From the NCBI RefSeq assembly GCF_028641065.1, contig NC_073391.1, forward strand, positions 5,704,001 to 5,768,000: a stretch of DNA of 64,000 nucleotides, given 5' to 3'. The translations under genes were made by a program, and so were the position numbers. The stretch is from Leucoraja erinacea (taxonomy: Eukaryota). Below the pieces are notes generated by a model that worked only from the letters and a program-made list of their open reading frames with translations, searched no databases and was not told where the DNA came from. Shown here in pieces: positions 13,634-26,059 of the stretch; within the stretch, counting starts at the first letter, position 1; the number at the start of each line of letters is the position of its first letter.

Positions 13634-14382
13634 CGGGCCTGTCCCACTTAGGTGATTTTTCAGCGGACTGCCGTTGACTGTCAAATTGCCAGCAGTCGTC
13701 TGAAAAACCAACAACTGGAATGGCAACTGTCAGAGTGGAACACAAACACATCGCTTCCTTCACCAGCCCGTTATGCAGGCGGGGACAGGGCAAGCGGGGG
13801 AACGCTGTCTAAAAAATTCCCACAGTGCAAAGCCAAGGTGATACCGCGATGAACAGGAAGGTTGGTGCTGTAATTAAGACAGCTAAAGCACAGCGTACGG
13901 TAAGTCCTTTAAAAGATGGGGGGGGGGGGGGGAAGGAATGGAGACAACTTTTAAGAAGCCAGAGATACATGGCTGTGAAACTCCACAGACATTTAACATT
14001 ACCAGTCGGTTCCTTGGTTCTGAAAACTACTGCTTACCTTCTTTTTCCCCCAAATGAGCCAATGAAATTCACCGGCCAGCACCGGCTCCAACCTACGAGA
14101 ACCTCCGGGAACACATTCTAGGACCTCCTGGCAACCCACGTACGGCACGAGAATTCTCACTATTCTTCATGGCGGCTTCATTCTAGTCGCCGTTAATTTT
14201 ATAACATGTTGAAAAATTTGAGGTGACCATAATGAGACCACGACTAGTTCCCAGAATGCGGGAACTCCCCCTTGACCATGAAGGCAACTCCCCGGCAAAT
14301 ACCGGCGAACATGTGCCGACCATTTGCCGACTGCATAGTCTCCTGCAGTCGCCTAAATACTCGCCTAAGTGGGACAGGCCCA
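13634..14382. mobile_element. PIF/Harbinger-type MITE, same subfamily as 26607-27246
   Basis: TIR gggcctgtcccacttagg / cctaagtgggacaggccc; TTA TSD. Confidence 0.9.
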
Positions 14383-14406
14383 TTAGAAGAGAGTTAATGG
14401 GTGTGT

Positions 14407-15127
14407 GAGCGGGTGGCGCCAGCAATGGCTGCCTCACCAACAGTCTGTCTGTCCCTTCCTTCTTTTGTTGTTTGTTTGTATGTGTTAAATGCATGTTTTA
14501 GTGTTCTTTAGCTTGTTTTATGTGGGGGCTGTGGGGGGGGGGGGAGTTTGGGGGAAACTTTTTCTAAGCCCTTATCTCAACAAAGACGCAATCCGTATCG
14601 TATCTCCTTCTGCACTGCGGCCTAACATCGAGGAGTTAACGGCCTTTGCAGGAGACCAACTATGGGAGCCTATGGACTTACCATCGTGGAGCCCGCGATC
14701 CCTTTGCCAAAGATCGTCCTCTGAGTTCCAACCGTGGGAGCCTGCGGACTTTAACATTGTAGAGCTCGCGGACTCTGGTCAGACGCCGGCTTTGGGAGCT
14801 CCAAGCAGCAGGAGCTTCGATCACCCCGACGCGGGAGCTTCGATCGCCCTGACTCAGAGGCTTCAATAGCCGGCTGCGGGATTTCGATCGCCCCACCTGC
14901 TGATGGTTCAACAGCCCCGACTGCGAGAGAATAACGAGGAAGAAGATTAGACTTCATTGCCTTCCATCACAATGAGGAATGTAGGGAATTCACTGTGGTG
15001 GATGTTTACGTTAATTTGTATGTAGTTGTGTGTCTTGTTGCTTTTTTTAGTATGGCTGTATGGTGATTCGAATTTCACCGTACCTTAGTTGGTATATGTG
15101 CCAATAAACTGACCTTTGAACCTTGAA
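14407..15127 (+). mobile_element. GC-rich non-autonomous retroelement
   Basis: shares ccttccatcaca..gagga...cactgtggtggatgttt and an aataaa tail with 34693, 38655 and 46715. Confidence 0.6.
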
Positions 15128-16119
15128 TAGATTACAAATCAATAAATGGAGGAATGGGACTGATTAGATGCCTTGACTGCTGGCTTTGACTTGATGGGCC
15201 TCCTTCGATCTTGTAAGAAAATATGAGAAGTTTAGAGTATTTCAATTAACTGCATTTGCAAACGCGAATGATAATTATTTCACCAATTGTTACCAAATAA
15301 CTAACCATTTTGCTCTATAGCTTAGGTAAATTTAGTTTACAGATAAAGCATTGAAACAGATCCTTCGACGCTGTACACACCAGTAATATGTTATCCCGCT
15401 TTCTCATCCACTTCCTACACACTAGGGGTCATTTGAAGAGGCCACCTAACCTACAAAACTGCACGTTTTTGGGATGTGGGAGTAAACCAGAACACCCGTA
15501 GGAAACCCACGCATTCACAGGGAGAACAGACAAACTCTGCACAGACAGCACCCGATGCAGGGCTGCCAACTCTCACGCTTTGAGCGTGACACTCACGCAT
15601 TTCAGCCAATTCTCACGCCCTCACGCTGAAGACGGAATTCTCACGCTGACACTCTGTCTTCAGTCCCTGCACACTTTGTCTCTTTGCGCCACATGACAGC
15701 GATCTGCACGGATTGGGGAAGCGCGTCGGTCCCGGGCAGCGGGTGTCAGCGTTTTTGTGCGCCGTCTGCGAGCTCTGCGCTGCCGGCTGCCGCGGCAACC
15801 TCGCTCTCTCCTTCCCTCCCTCCTGCCCAAAGATCTTATAGTTCCGCTATAGGATCTTTGCTCCTGCCCTTCAACTCACACGGCAGCACCAGCGCCGCCA
15901 ATCCACGCTACACCGTGCCCGCCAGGCTCCCCATTGGGCGGCCCGGGAAAGAGAGGGTGGGGAGAGAAAGAGAGAGAGAGAGAAAAAAAGGGAGGGATGG
16001 AGGCAAAGAGAGGCAGGGGAGGGAATGTAGAAAGGGGATGAGGGAAGGGAAGGAGAAAGGGGAAAAAGAGGGATGGTGAGGAAAGAGAGGGAGAGGGAGG
16101 AGGGAGAGGGGGAAGGAAA

Positions 16120-16301
16120 NNNNNNNNNNNNNNNNNNNNNNNNNNNNNNNNNNNNNNNNNNNNNNNNNNNNNNNNNNNNNNNNNNNNNNNNNNNNNNNNN
16201 NNNNNNNNNNNNNNNNNNNNNNNNNNNNNNNNNNNNNNNNNNNNNNNNNNNNNNNNNNNNNNNNNNNNNNNNNNNNNNNNNNNNNNNNNNNNNNNNNNNN
16301 N
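16120..16301. other. assembly gap (182 N)
   Basis: run of N next to a purine-rich low-complexity tract. Confidence 0.99.
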
Positions 16302-16756
16302 CTGTGCATCTGTTGTCACATCCTGGCCTTAGACAGGGCTGCCAACTCTCACGCTTTGAACGTGAGAGTCACACATTTCAACCAATTCTCACGCTGATGA
16401 CAGAATTCTCACGCTGTCTTCAGTCCCTGCACAGTTAGTCTTTTTTCGCCAAATCACAATGATCTGTGCGGTCTGGGGAAGCGCGTCAGTTGGCGGCTGT
16501 GAGTGACGTTGCGTCTCTTCTCTTCTCTTCTTTCTTGGTTGGATGTGCAGCCGCCGACAACATGAAGCAGCCGGAGATAAAACTAACCAGGTGAATCGGT
16601 TGTAAAACATGGGGAGGACCACAATGAGGCCAAACATCTAGGACAGGGTTCGGCAACCTACGGCACACGTGCTGAATCCGGCCCATAACCCGAAAAACCA
16701 CGTTTTTTTTCAATTCGTTTTCGCAGGGTCGGGGCAGGCGAGCCGACCTGAGAACT

Positions 16757-16846
16757 GCAGCCAGTCCCTGGGACGCGAGCTGATCTGGGAACGGCAGCCA
16801 GTCCCTGGGACGCGAGCTGATCTGGGAACGACAGCCAGTCCCTGGG
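16757..16846. repeat. 37-bp tandem repeat, ~2.4 copies
   Basis: gcagccagtccctgggacgcgagctgatctgggaacg at 16757 and 16794, partial at 16831. Confidence 0.9.
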
Positions 16847-18037
16847 CACGCAGAATGCCAACTTGATCATCATGGACAAATTGGGCCAACCACGTACATG
16901 TTGTATAACTCTGACTCTATGAAGATCTGAATGGGCTTAGAATGACCATTTAAGCAAAATTGCCCCCACTTTCCCCTGTTTGATTCTTGAGATTAATATC
17001 CATTTGCTCTGTTAACAGCGTTAAAGTACTTATGAGGTCAAGTCAGGAAAGGGAACATGTTATTTATTTTTAGTTTGCTTTAATTTGTTAGTTGATTGTT
17101 TGTTGAGTGCCATCATTTCTGAAATGGTCTTAAAGTAACTTAACTGTTATAAAGCAGTAATAAGTGATTTTTGTCCAAACAATTGGAACTTGCATAAAAT
17201 GTTTGCATTATTAGCAGGACTGCCAACTCTCACGCATTGAGCGTGAGACTCACGCATTTCACAAAATTCTCACGCTCTCACGCTGATTACAAAATCTCTC
17301 ACGCTCAAATATCTGCGGGTGCTGAAAGTTCAAAATAAAGCAAAAATTGTTTTAGAGGTGAGTAAAAACCATGAGGGAATATCAGGTGAATGCAGAGTCT
17401 TTTTCCCAGGATATGTGATTCAAGCACAAGAGGGGATTGGTTTAAAGCAGGGCCATCAAACTACCGGCCTGCGGGATGATTTTGGGGGAAAAAAAAGTAG
17501 TTTAGTTTCTCCCATGCAGATGGTGTGATAGGTGAGACACTACGGCGGTGGTGGTCCCAGCACCAACCCCCCTCACCCTTCCCCCCTGAGGCACGGCACA
17601 CACCTCCCACCCTCACCTCCGGCGGCTCTATGTCCGTCGACCGCTCTGTCCATACCCCATGGAGTTTTAACCCCGGCCCGGAGCCAGGAGCGGACCGGGT
17701 GAGTGGGGGCATTGGTGCTGCATCTGGAGCCTACTATAGGAGGGGGAACACCCCCTCCCACACCCTCCCCCCATCGGTCGCTACGTTCCCTCGCAGTTTC
17801 CCACTCTCAACTCTCACCCAATGTTGGCAGCCCTGCCGATGTCAGGATCAATCCAGGGCCTCTGACACTGTGAGGCAGCAACTCTACCAGCTGCACCACT
17901 GCGTTGCCAACAGAACCACTTTGCTCTGTTGAAAATGATCTAATAGCTGTTAAAATTAATTAAAAATTCTAAATGCAAAACGATATTAATAAAATCCAAA
18001 TGTCTTAAGGTAGAACAGAAGGCCTGTTTATCACTTG

Positions 18038-18193
18038 GTAGACAAAAATGCTGGAGGAACCTCAGTGGGTGAGGCAGCATCTATGGAGCGAAGGAAATAG
18101 GCAACGTTTCGGGTCGAGACCCTTCTTCAGACTGAGTTTCTACAGTATTTTTGTCTACCTTCGATTTTCCAGCATCTGCAGTTCCTTCTTAAA
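18038..18193. mobile_element. short Penelope-like element with intact hammerhead core on the minus strand
   Basis: reverse complement of 18099-18132 reads gtCTGAAGAagggtctcgacccGAAAcGTTgcct. Confidence 0.8.
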
Positions 18194-20092
18194 CAGTCTG
18201 TATATCACTGCATGTTTATACATTGACTCATATAACTCACTATTCTGGAAGTAGTAGAAATTGGATACTATCGTGTTGGCCATCATTTTACTGACCTGAT
18301 ACATTCCTAGTTCTGTCATTGGCATCGTTGCATTTTATAGGTTACAGCTGTCCCAATCTTCCCTCCTCCCAGCTGTGTAAAAAAAGTCATGTAAGATGAT
18401 ATATCAGCAATTCCGATAGTCAGTGTTGACTTCAAAAGGCCTGTCTCATTGTCCTCTCCCTAAGGCATACTTAAGATCGACTGTCAGCTGGCAAATTCAA
18501 ATGTGATTTCTCCCATCTAGCAAGTTGCCTGAGGAGGAGTGATGGGGGCGGGAGTGCTTTCCCATCTTCATAGATGAAGCCTGAACAATTCATTGGGTTC
18601 GCGCTCCAGGTTTCAAGGTACAAGCCACAATGTAGCATCGAGTCAGAAATGAGCCAAAGCGAAAAGCTATTCATTACAGTAAAGTACCTAAGTCTTCACA
18701 AATGAATATTTATGAAACTGCAGCCCAGTCTATAAATACTTTAAAGCCTTTCAATAGAAAAATCACAATGTGTAAATTCTGCTCAACTATAGTTGCCAAT
18801 AAATAGGAGAATACCTTGAGACATCTCACAAAGGTATTGAAAGTGGAAAGTGATATTTTATCAAACATTTCCTCTTAAAAAGGGACCAGCCCTCATATGC
18901 CGGTTAGGATGATGAAATCATAACCTACTTACTCTCCCTTTCTCTTTCTTTTCATCTTACTTTCTTTCTGTTTCTCTATCTAGCTTATTATGCCTTTTTT
19001 CTGCACGGCCAAACATTATTTTCCTTGTTTGACTTAAGAATAAAATGTCTGTAAAACCTAAAATGAACAATGGACAGACCCAAAATGCTGGAGTAACTCA
19101 GCGAGACAGGCAGCAACTCTGGAGAATATTGACGTTTCGGGTTGGGACCCTGAATTATAATAAATTTGCAGCATAAAAATAATTATAACAAATGCAAATA
19201 TCAAATAGTTTCTTTTTCACAATTTCAGAATCTAGACATCGTGTAACTTCATCATTGATTTTTCTGCTCAATTGTTTTCATCTTTGTGACTTTCACACCA
19301 TTTTACATGTATTTTTCATCTTGTGGCCTGCAAGAATTTTTAAAGCATTACAGTAATATCTTCATCATGTTTGTCAATTTTTAATTTCTTAGAGTCCAAA
19401 TTAGAATTGTGCTACAAAACTTTATCTTGGATTCAAGGTGGAAATAAATCTACTGGGCAAAGTGGGTCAGAGCAGATTTTTTACACTTCAATCTCCAATT
19501 CCCATAAATTATCGAAATTCTAATTAAATTGAGTGTTCTTATAATAGTTTTAAGGAAAGAGTATGGTAACCAAAAGTATGTAAGTAGAACATTATAATTA
19601 ACAGCAAACAGCAACTTTCCCCATCAACCCAGTTCTTTCCCACAGATAATACACGGGTATCTATCATAGATCATACAACACATTTTATCTGATGAAAGGA
19701 AACACTGCAATCATTTTTCACTGTCTCCTCAATTTCAGGCTATGTGTCAAAAAATCAATGGCCCAAATATTGACCCAGAGGCAAAAATCTCTGGCTGAAA
19801 GCCAACATTTTTGCTTTCCACCATGTGGTATATTTTGCATTGTCATTGCAGTCGTTGCAATTGCATTATCATTGTTTTAATCTCATGAGCCACAGTTTTC
19901 CCAGTGTCTTTAATGTGGCACTTTCTCAACAAACATTTGCACAGCCTAGGTGACCAATTTACAGAGCACTTGCATGCAATGGCAATTGAGATTTCCCCGT
20001 TGCATGCCAGTTCAATTCCCCGACCACCTGCCGCTGTCTCCAAACTCTGTTCCTCTTCCGCCATTACTCAGCTCCATCATCCATCTTGGCAT

Positions 20093-20520
20093 CTTGAGCG
20101 TTTGACGGCACTGGGCCTGTATTCGCTGGAGTTTAGAAGAATGAGGGGTACCTCATTGAAACGTACAGAATAGTGAAAGGCTTGGATAAAGCGGATGTGG
20201 AGAGGATGTTTCCTCCAGTGGTCATAGCCTCAGAATTAAAGGATGTTCTTTTAGGAAGGAGATGAGGAGGAATTTCTTCAGTCAGAGGGTGGTGAATCTG
20301 TGGACTTATTTGTACAAAAGGCTGTGGATGCCAAGGCAGTGGATATATTTAACGCAGATACTGATAGACTCTTAATTAGTACTGGTGTCAGAGCTTACGG
20401 GGAGAAGGCAGGAGAATGGGATTAGGAGGGAGAGATAGATCAGCCATGATTGAATGGCGGAGTAGACTTGATGTGCCAAATGGCCGAATTCTACTCCTGT
20501 TACGATGATCTTATGATCTT
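20093..20520 (+). mobile_element. CR1 LINE 3' fragment
   Basis: ERLTALGLYSLEFRRMRG and typical 3' UTR. Confidence 0.9.
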
Positions 20521-21384
20521 CATTCTTAGTGTTGATGCAAGGTTTCGGCCTGGAAGGTTGACAATTCCTGTCCCAACAGATGCTGCTCAATCCGCTGAGT
20601 TCCTCCAGTAGATTGGCTGTGGCTCTTGCTCAAAATAACTTAATTGGCCTTATTTTTTTTAAAATAAGGATTTCCCCTTTCCCCTGGTTCCTGCTGCATT
20701 TGCACTGTGCAATGAAAACCATAAAACCTTTATGCTTCATGATGTAGTTCGAGGATTGCTTTTATTGATCCCTGGCTGCGTAAATAAAGGAATCTTCCTC
20801 AAAAGTATTCCAAGGTTTCTGCTGGAGGTCTCCACATGTTGACTCAGGTATATCATCACCCTGGCTGTGATGGCTTTAAGCGATAATAAGTTCATCAACT
20901 ATTCGATAGAAGAGCCATGTTTAATGTGTTTCATTATTCGGCAAAATTGTTGAAATCTCCCGAGTGTACGTTATATAAAAGCTCTTGTGCTCAGCCAAGT
21001 AACTGATGAAAGGGTCATGCTCAGTGAACCTATTTCACTTCTTGCTATCTGCCTCATCAAGTAACAGTCCATTATCGTGCAGGGAATGCCTTTAGAATGA
21101 AACTAATCGTGTTGCACCGAGAGACATTTCATTGTTGCAAACTGAGCAATATCGCTGTGTTAATGGCTCAGGAGTTCCAGGCAGTGTGGAAGCTAATGTA
21201 ACTTTTGGGATCAGAATTATAAATACTATGTAGAAGATATTTACAGTCTAGCTCGGAAAAAAACACACACACAACTTTTGTCAAAGTACAGTTCCATCAA
21301 ATTGCTTTTAAATTAAAAGGCATGTGGAAACAATGAAAATGCAAGCAGTCTGATAAATGTGAGCTGGAATGGTGTTGAACATCT

Positions 21385-21668
21385 TATAGAAGCATAGAGC
21401 GATACAGTGTGGAAATAGGCCCTTCGGCCCAACTTGCCCACACTCGCCAACATGTCCCAGCTACACTAGACTTGGTCCATATCCCTTCAAACCTGTCCTA
21501 TCCATGTGCCGGTCTAACTGTTTCTTAAACAATGCGATAGTCTATGCCTCAACTACCTCCTCTGGCAGCTTGTTCCATACACCCCACCACCCTTTGTGCA
21601 AAAACGTTCCCCCTCAGGTTCCTATTAAATATTTTGCCCTTCACCTTAAACCTATGTCCTCTGGTCTT
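21385..21668 (-). mobile_element. CR1 LINE 3' fragment
   Basis: antisense of the ...WNKLPEEVVEA region plus tail. Confidence 0.8.
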
Positions 21669-22631
21669 CATCTTGATGAAGATGGAAAAAGAAATACTCT
21701 CAAAGATTTTTTTTTAAACTGCTGAAAATAATATTTTGAAAGAATGCGGAATGAGCATAGATGTTCCACTTTGGGTTTCGAACTTAGCGGATTCACCATC
21801 AGAGTGGATGTTATGAGTTCTGTGTATCAGCTTTTTAACTATCATTACATCAGTTTAAAGGATGAGAAATCAGGACTGGTTGATATCTGATTTGCTGATC
21901 TAAACAGCCATACTTCCCATTAACAGGACTAAAATGAATTAATTTTTACATTCATTTTTTGGGATCTGGTCATGGCTAGCATTTATTGCTCATGCTTGAT
22001 TAGCAGGGGGGAGCTGACTTCTTTAACTGCTGCAGTCCTTCTTGTGAAATTACTCCTTCAATGCTGTGGGGTCGGGAGTTCTAGGATTTGCACCCAGCTA
22101 CAATGGAAATCTGGGAAGAAAGAACCGCAGATGCTGGTTCAAATCGAAGGTAGACACAAAATGCTGGAGTAACTCAGCGGGACAGGCAGCATCTCTGGAG
22201 AGAAGGAATGGGTGACATTTCGGGTCAAGACCCTTCTTCTGGTGGTATATTTCCACACCAGAATGGTATCTGAGTTGGAAGGGAACCTGCATAGTATTTA
22301 TTCCAAATTGCCTGATGGCTTTGTTCTTGGTGGTGAAGATTGTGGTTTAGGGAATATCTATCAGAGTAACCTGAGTTAGTACCTGCAATGCGTTTTAAAG
22401 CTGGTATGCCCTGGAATCACTGTGCACCAACAGAAGGGATAATAAATGTTAAAGATGGATAATAAAGTACCATTGGGACAGGTTGCCCTACCCTGACTCT
22501 GTGTATTCACCCTATCAATTCTCCTAATGATTTTGTACACCTCTATAAGATCACCCCTTATCCTCCTGCGCTCCAAGGAATAAAGTTCCAGCCTGCCCAC
22601 CCTCAGCCTATAGTTTTGAGTTCCTAAATTA

Positions 22632-23668
22632 GAAAGGAAAAAGGAGGAGGAGGAGGAGCCCGAGGGCTGAGGATGGGAGGGAGACAGCAAGGGCTAACAA
22701 AATTGGGAGAATTCAATGTTCATGCCCGCAGGATGCATACCCCGCAACACTGCACTCTCTCCCCATCCCCCCACTCGCAACAAGGGCAGAGTCCCCCTAG
22801 TCCTCACCTTTCACCCCACCAGCCGTTACATACAACAATACATACCGTCACATACATACATATCCTCCGTCAGTTTTGCCACCTCTAACGTGACCCCACC
22901 ACTCGCCACATCTTCCCATCTCCCCCCATGTCTGCCTTCCACAAAGACCGCTACCTCCGTAACTCCCTTGTCAATTCTTCCCTTCCCTCCCGTACCACCC
23001 CCTCCCCGGGCACTTTCCGTTGCAACCGCAAGAGATGCAACACTTGTCCCTTTACCTCCTCCCTCGACTCCATTCAAGGACCCAAACAGTCGTTCCAGGT
23101 GCGACAGAGGTTCACCTGCATCTCCTCCAACCTTATCTATTGCATCCGCTGCTCTAAATGTCAGCTGATCTGCATCGGTGAGACCAAGCGGAGGCTTGGC
23201 GATCGTTTTGCCGAACACCTCCGCTCGGTCCGCAATAACCAACCTGACCTCCCGGTGGATCAGCACTTCAACTCCCCCTCCCATTTCCAATCTGACCTCT
23301 CTGTCTTGGGTCTCCTCCATGGCCAGAGTGAGCAACACTGGAAATTGGAGGAACAGCACCTCATATTCCGCTTCAGTAGTCTGCATCCTGCGGGCATGAA
23401 CATTGTATTCTCCCAATTTTGTTAGCCCTTGCTGCCTCCTCCCCTTCCTCAGCCCTCGGACTGTCTCCTCCCATCCCTCAGCCCTCGGGCTCCTCCTCCT
23501 CCTTCTTCCTTTCTTCTCCCCGCACCCCCCCATACTCCATCAGTCTGAAGAAGGGTTTTGGCCCAAAACATTGCCTATTTCCTTCGCTCCATAGATGCTG
23601 CTGCACCCGCTGAGTTTCTCCAGCATTTTTGTGTACCTTCGATTTTCCAGCATCTGCAGTTCCTTCTT
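22632..23668 (+). mobile_element. Penelope-like element (Neptune-type), 5'-truncated, with GIY-YIG endonuclease and inverted 5' partial pLTR
   Basis: ORF 22928-23425: CNRKRCNTC linker, NLIYCIRC..C..ICIGETKRRLGDRFAEH, HFN, EQHLIF, GMN; RVPLVLTFHP upstream; 22632-22740 is an inverted copy of ~23383-23515. Confidence 0.92.
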
Positions 23669-23669
23669 A

Positions 23670-24755
23670 TTCACTGTAAAGATCCTGACATGGTTTGACT
23701 TCCCAAAATACAACACCTCACATTGATCTGCACAGCTGATCAAGATCATGCTATAATTTTTGATAACCATCTTCACTGTCGATAATACCTCCTACTTTAG
23801 TGTCATATGAAACCATACCATTATTGCTTTGTACATCCTCATCCAAATCATTGATATAAATCACAAACAGCAATGGGCTCAGCACCAACCCTTAAGGGAA
23901 GCCACTAGTCATAAGCCCCCAGAATGAGAAACAATTTTCCTCCACCATCTTCTGCTTCCTTCCATGAAGATAACTCTAGAACCAGTCAGCTATCTCTTCC
24001 TGGATAGTATGCAGTCTAACCTTCCAGAGCAGTCCACCATGTGGTACCTTACAAAAGGCCTTGCTGAAGTCCAAGAAGACAACGTCTACGGCCTTGGTCT
24101 CATCAACCTTCTTGGTTACTTCTTCAAAAACTCAAGCAAATTCATGAGACATGATCTCCCATGTACAAAACCATGCTGAATATCCATAGTCAGCCTCCTG
24201 TCTATCCAAGTGTATATATATCTTATCCCTCAACATTATATCCAGTAACTTACCTGCTACATATGGTAAGTTATAGTTCCCAGGCTTTTCCCTGTTTCCC
24301 TTCTTAAATAGAGGCACAACGGCAGCCACTCTCTGGTCATCTGGCACCTGTCTTTAATGATGAATCATATATCTCTGCCAAGGTTCATGCATTTTTGTAT
24401 CTTGCTTCCTACAGTGTCCTTAGATGTATCTGACCAGGCCCAGGAGAGTTATTTAACTTCATACATCTTAGTACATCCTGTACTTCCTTGACCACAACAT
24501 GAACTGTCCTAAAGACATTTCCATTATCTGTCCAAAATCCCCCAGTCTTCATGTCCACGGTCAAAGCAGAGGAGAAATACTATTTAGGACCTTGCCAATA
24601 TCCTATAGCTCCACACATACATAACCACTTTGGTTTCTGAGAGAGCCTATTCTTTCTGTCGCTCTTCTCCATGATGTACATAAAACATCTATAGATTTTC
24701 CTTAATCTTATCTGCCAGAGCTATGTCCTTCCCCATTTTTACCCTCCTGATTTCC
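23670..24755 (-). mobile_element. old CR1 LINE RT fragment
   Basis: VVPLFKKGNREKPGNY; degenerate RT. Confidence 0.8.
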
Positions 24756-24767
24756 TTCCAGGAAGTA

Positions 24768-25245
24768 TGGTTTCCTCCCACACTCCAAAGTAGTACAGGT
24801 TTGTAGGTTAATTGGCTTGGCATAAATGTAAATTGCCCCTAGTGTGTGTAAGATAGAGTTAATGTGCAGGGATCGCTGGTCGGCGCGGACTCGGTGGGCC
24901 AAAGGGCCTGTTTCTGCGCTGTATCTCTTAGCTAAAATATACAGCATGGAAACTGCCTACACTGACCCATTGTGCAGTAATTCAATATTAATTTTATTAT
25001 ATTGATTCTCTTCACATTCCCATCAACTGCACCCAGATTCCATCGCTCCGCTATACGCGAGCCACAATTTACAGTGGCCAATTAACCTACCAATGGGATG
25101 TGGAAGGAAACCAGAACACTGAAGGAAGCCCGGGCAGTCACAGGGAGAATATACAGGCTCCACACAGACAACACCCAACGTCAGGATTGAACCTGGGTCT
25201 CTAATGCTATGAGGAAGCAGCTCAACTACCTGCACCACCATGCTA
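24768..25245. mobile_element. two HE1-type SINE pieces in opposite orientations
   Basis: SINE core and tail (+) at 24768-24935; tRNA-like head (-) ending ~25243. Confidence 0.8.
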
Positions 25246-26059
25246 CCATATGCATGTGACCCAAATACTCAGGGACCAAAGGCAAACTCTTGGCATACTG
25301 AGTACCCAACAGCATTTAGCATAAAACGTGTTCAGAAATCGAATTTCTAGGCCAACTGCATTTAAGCTAATGCAAGTACAGGAAAATTAATTCAATTCCT
25401 TACTGTTCAGTTTCCCCACAGCTTCTATTTTTACATTTTTATTCCATTCTACTTAAAAAATATCTCTGAGGAGCATCACAATGACAGCAGTGATGTAGAT
25501 ATGCCATTCTCACCACTATTCCATAATTTACCTGAAAATCAAAGAGATACACAGGCAGGTGAAAGCTTCAGCTTTAACTCCCAATGTCAGTTTTTAGTTT
25601 GATTTTTCTTCCTTCAGTTGAAAAAGCTACCATGTTGAGAATAGCTTGAATAACACTAATGCGTTTAATATTTTGGATTCTATCTTTTGCAGTTAATCAT
25701 TATATATTAGAACATAAAACATAAAACAATACAGCAGACAATCAGGCCCTTTGACCCACAATGTCTGTGTTGAACATGATGCCAAGTTAAACAAATTCCT
25801 TCTGCCTGCACATGATCCATATTCCTCCATTCCCTGTATATCTACGTGAGTCAATGGCTGTTGAATTGAACATAACTATTGTGCTTTGGATATAGTGCAC
25901 TAAATTCGACTGTTTGCAGCAAGCTGCATTCATTTTCATTAACTTTGCAATAATCTTTCTGAATAAGGTTTTGCAATCAAATAAACAGGATCAAATCAGG
26001 ATCATAAACGCCATCAAATAAGGTTTTTTTACAACAAATGTGCTTTTTAGTTGATGATT

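Larger units (their letters stand above)
15558..17835. mobile_element. composite non-autonomous hAT-like element
   Basis: TIR cagggctgccaac / gttggcagccctg; 6-bp TSD ccgatg; extra left ends at 16334 and 17215; ctcacgc subterminal repeats. Confidence 0.85.
15335..17908 (-). mobile_element. HE1-type SINE split by a hAT-like insertion
   Basis: 15335-15557 and 17836-17908 rejoin at the duplicated ccgatg. Confidence 0.8.
11850..21210 (+). pseudogene. decayed Maverick/Polinton protein-primed DNA polymerase B (element A), fragmented by TEs
   Basis: colinear relics: KAVGI..TFP (13186-13227), RTAFNN*I (13342), EIGYYRVG...CHWHRC (18257-18331), EKLFITVKYLSLH (18661; motif A region), PHMPVRM (18891), FLLSTMW (19808; motif B region), VSAGG (~20815), YRCV...TFG (21150-21209). 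Confidence 0.7.

Noticed and set aside
15684-16438. Long ORFs around 16.1-16.3 kb
   Set aside because: Artefacts of low-complexity purine sequence and the N gap
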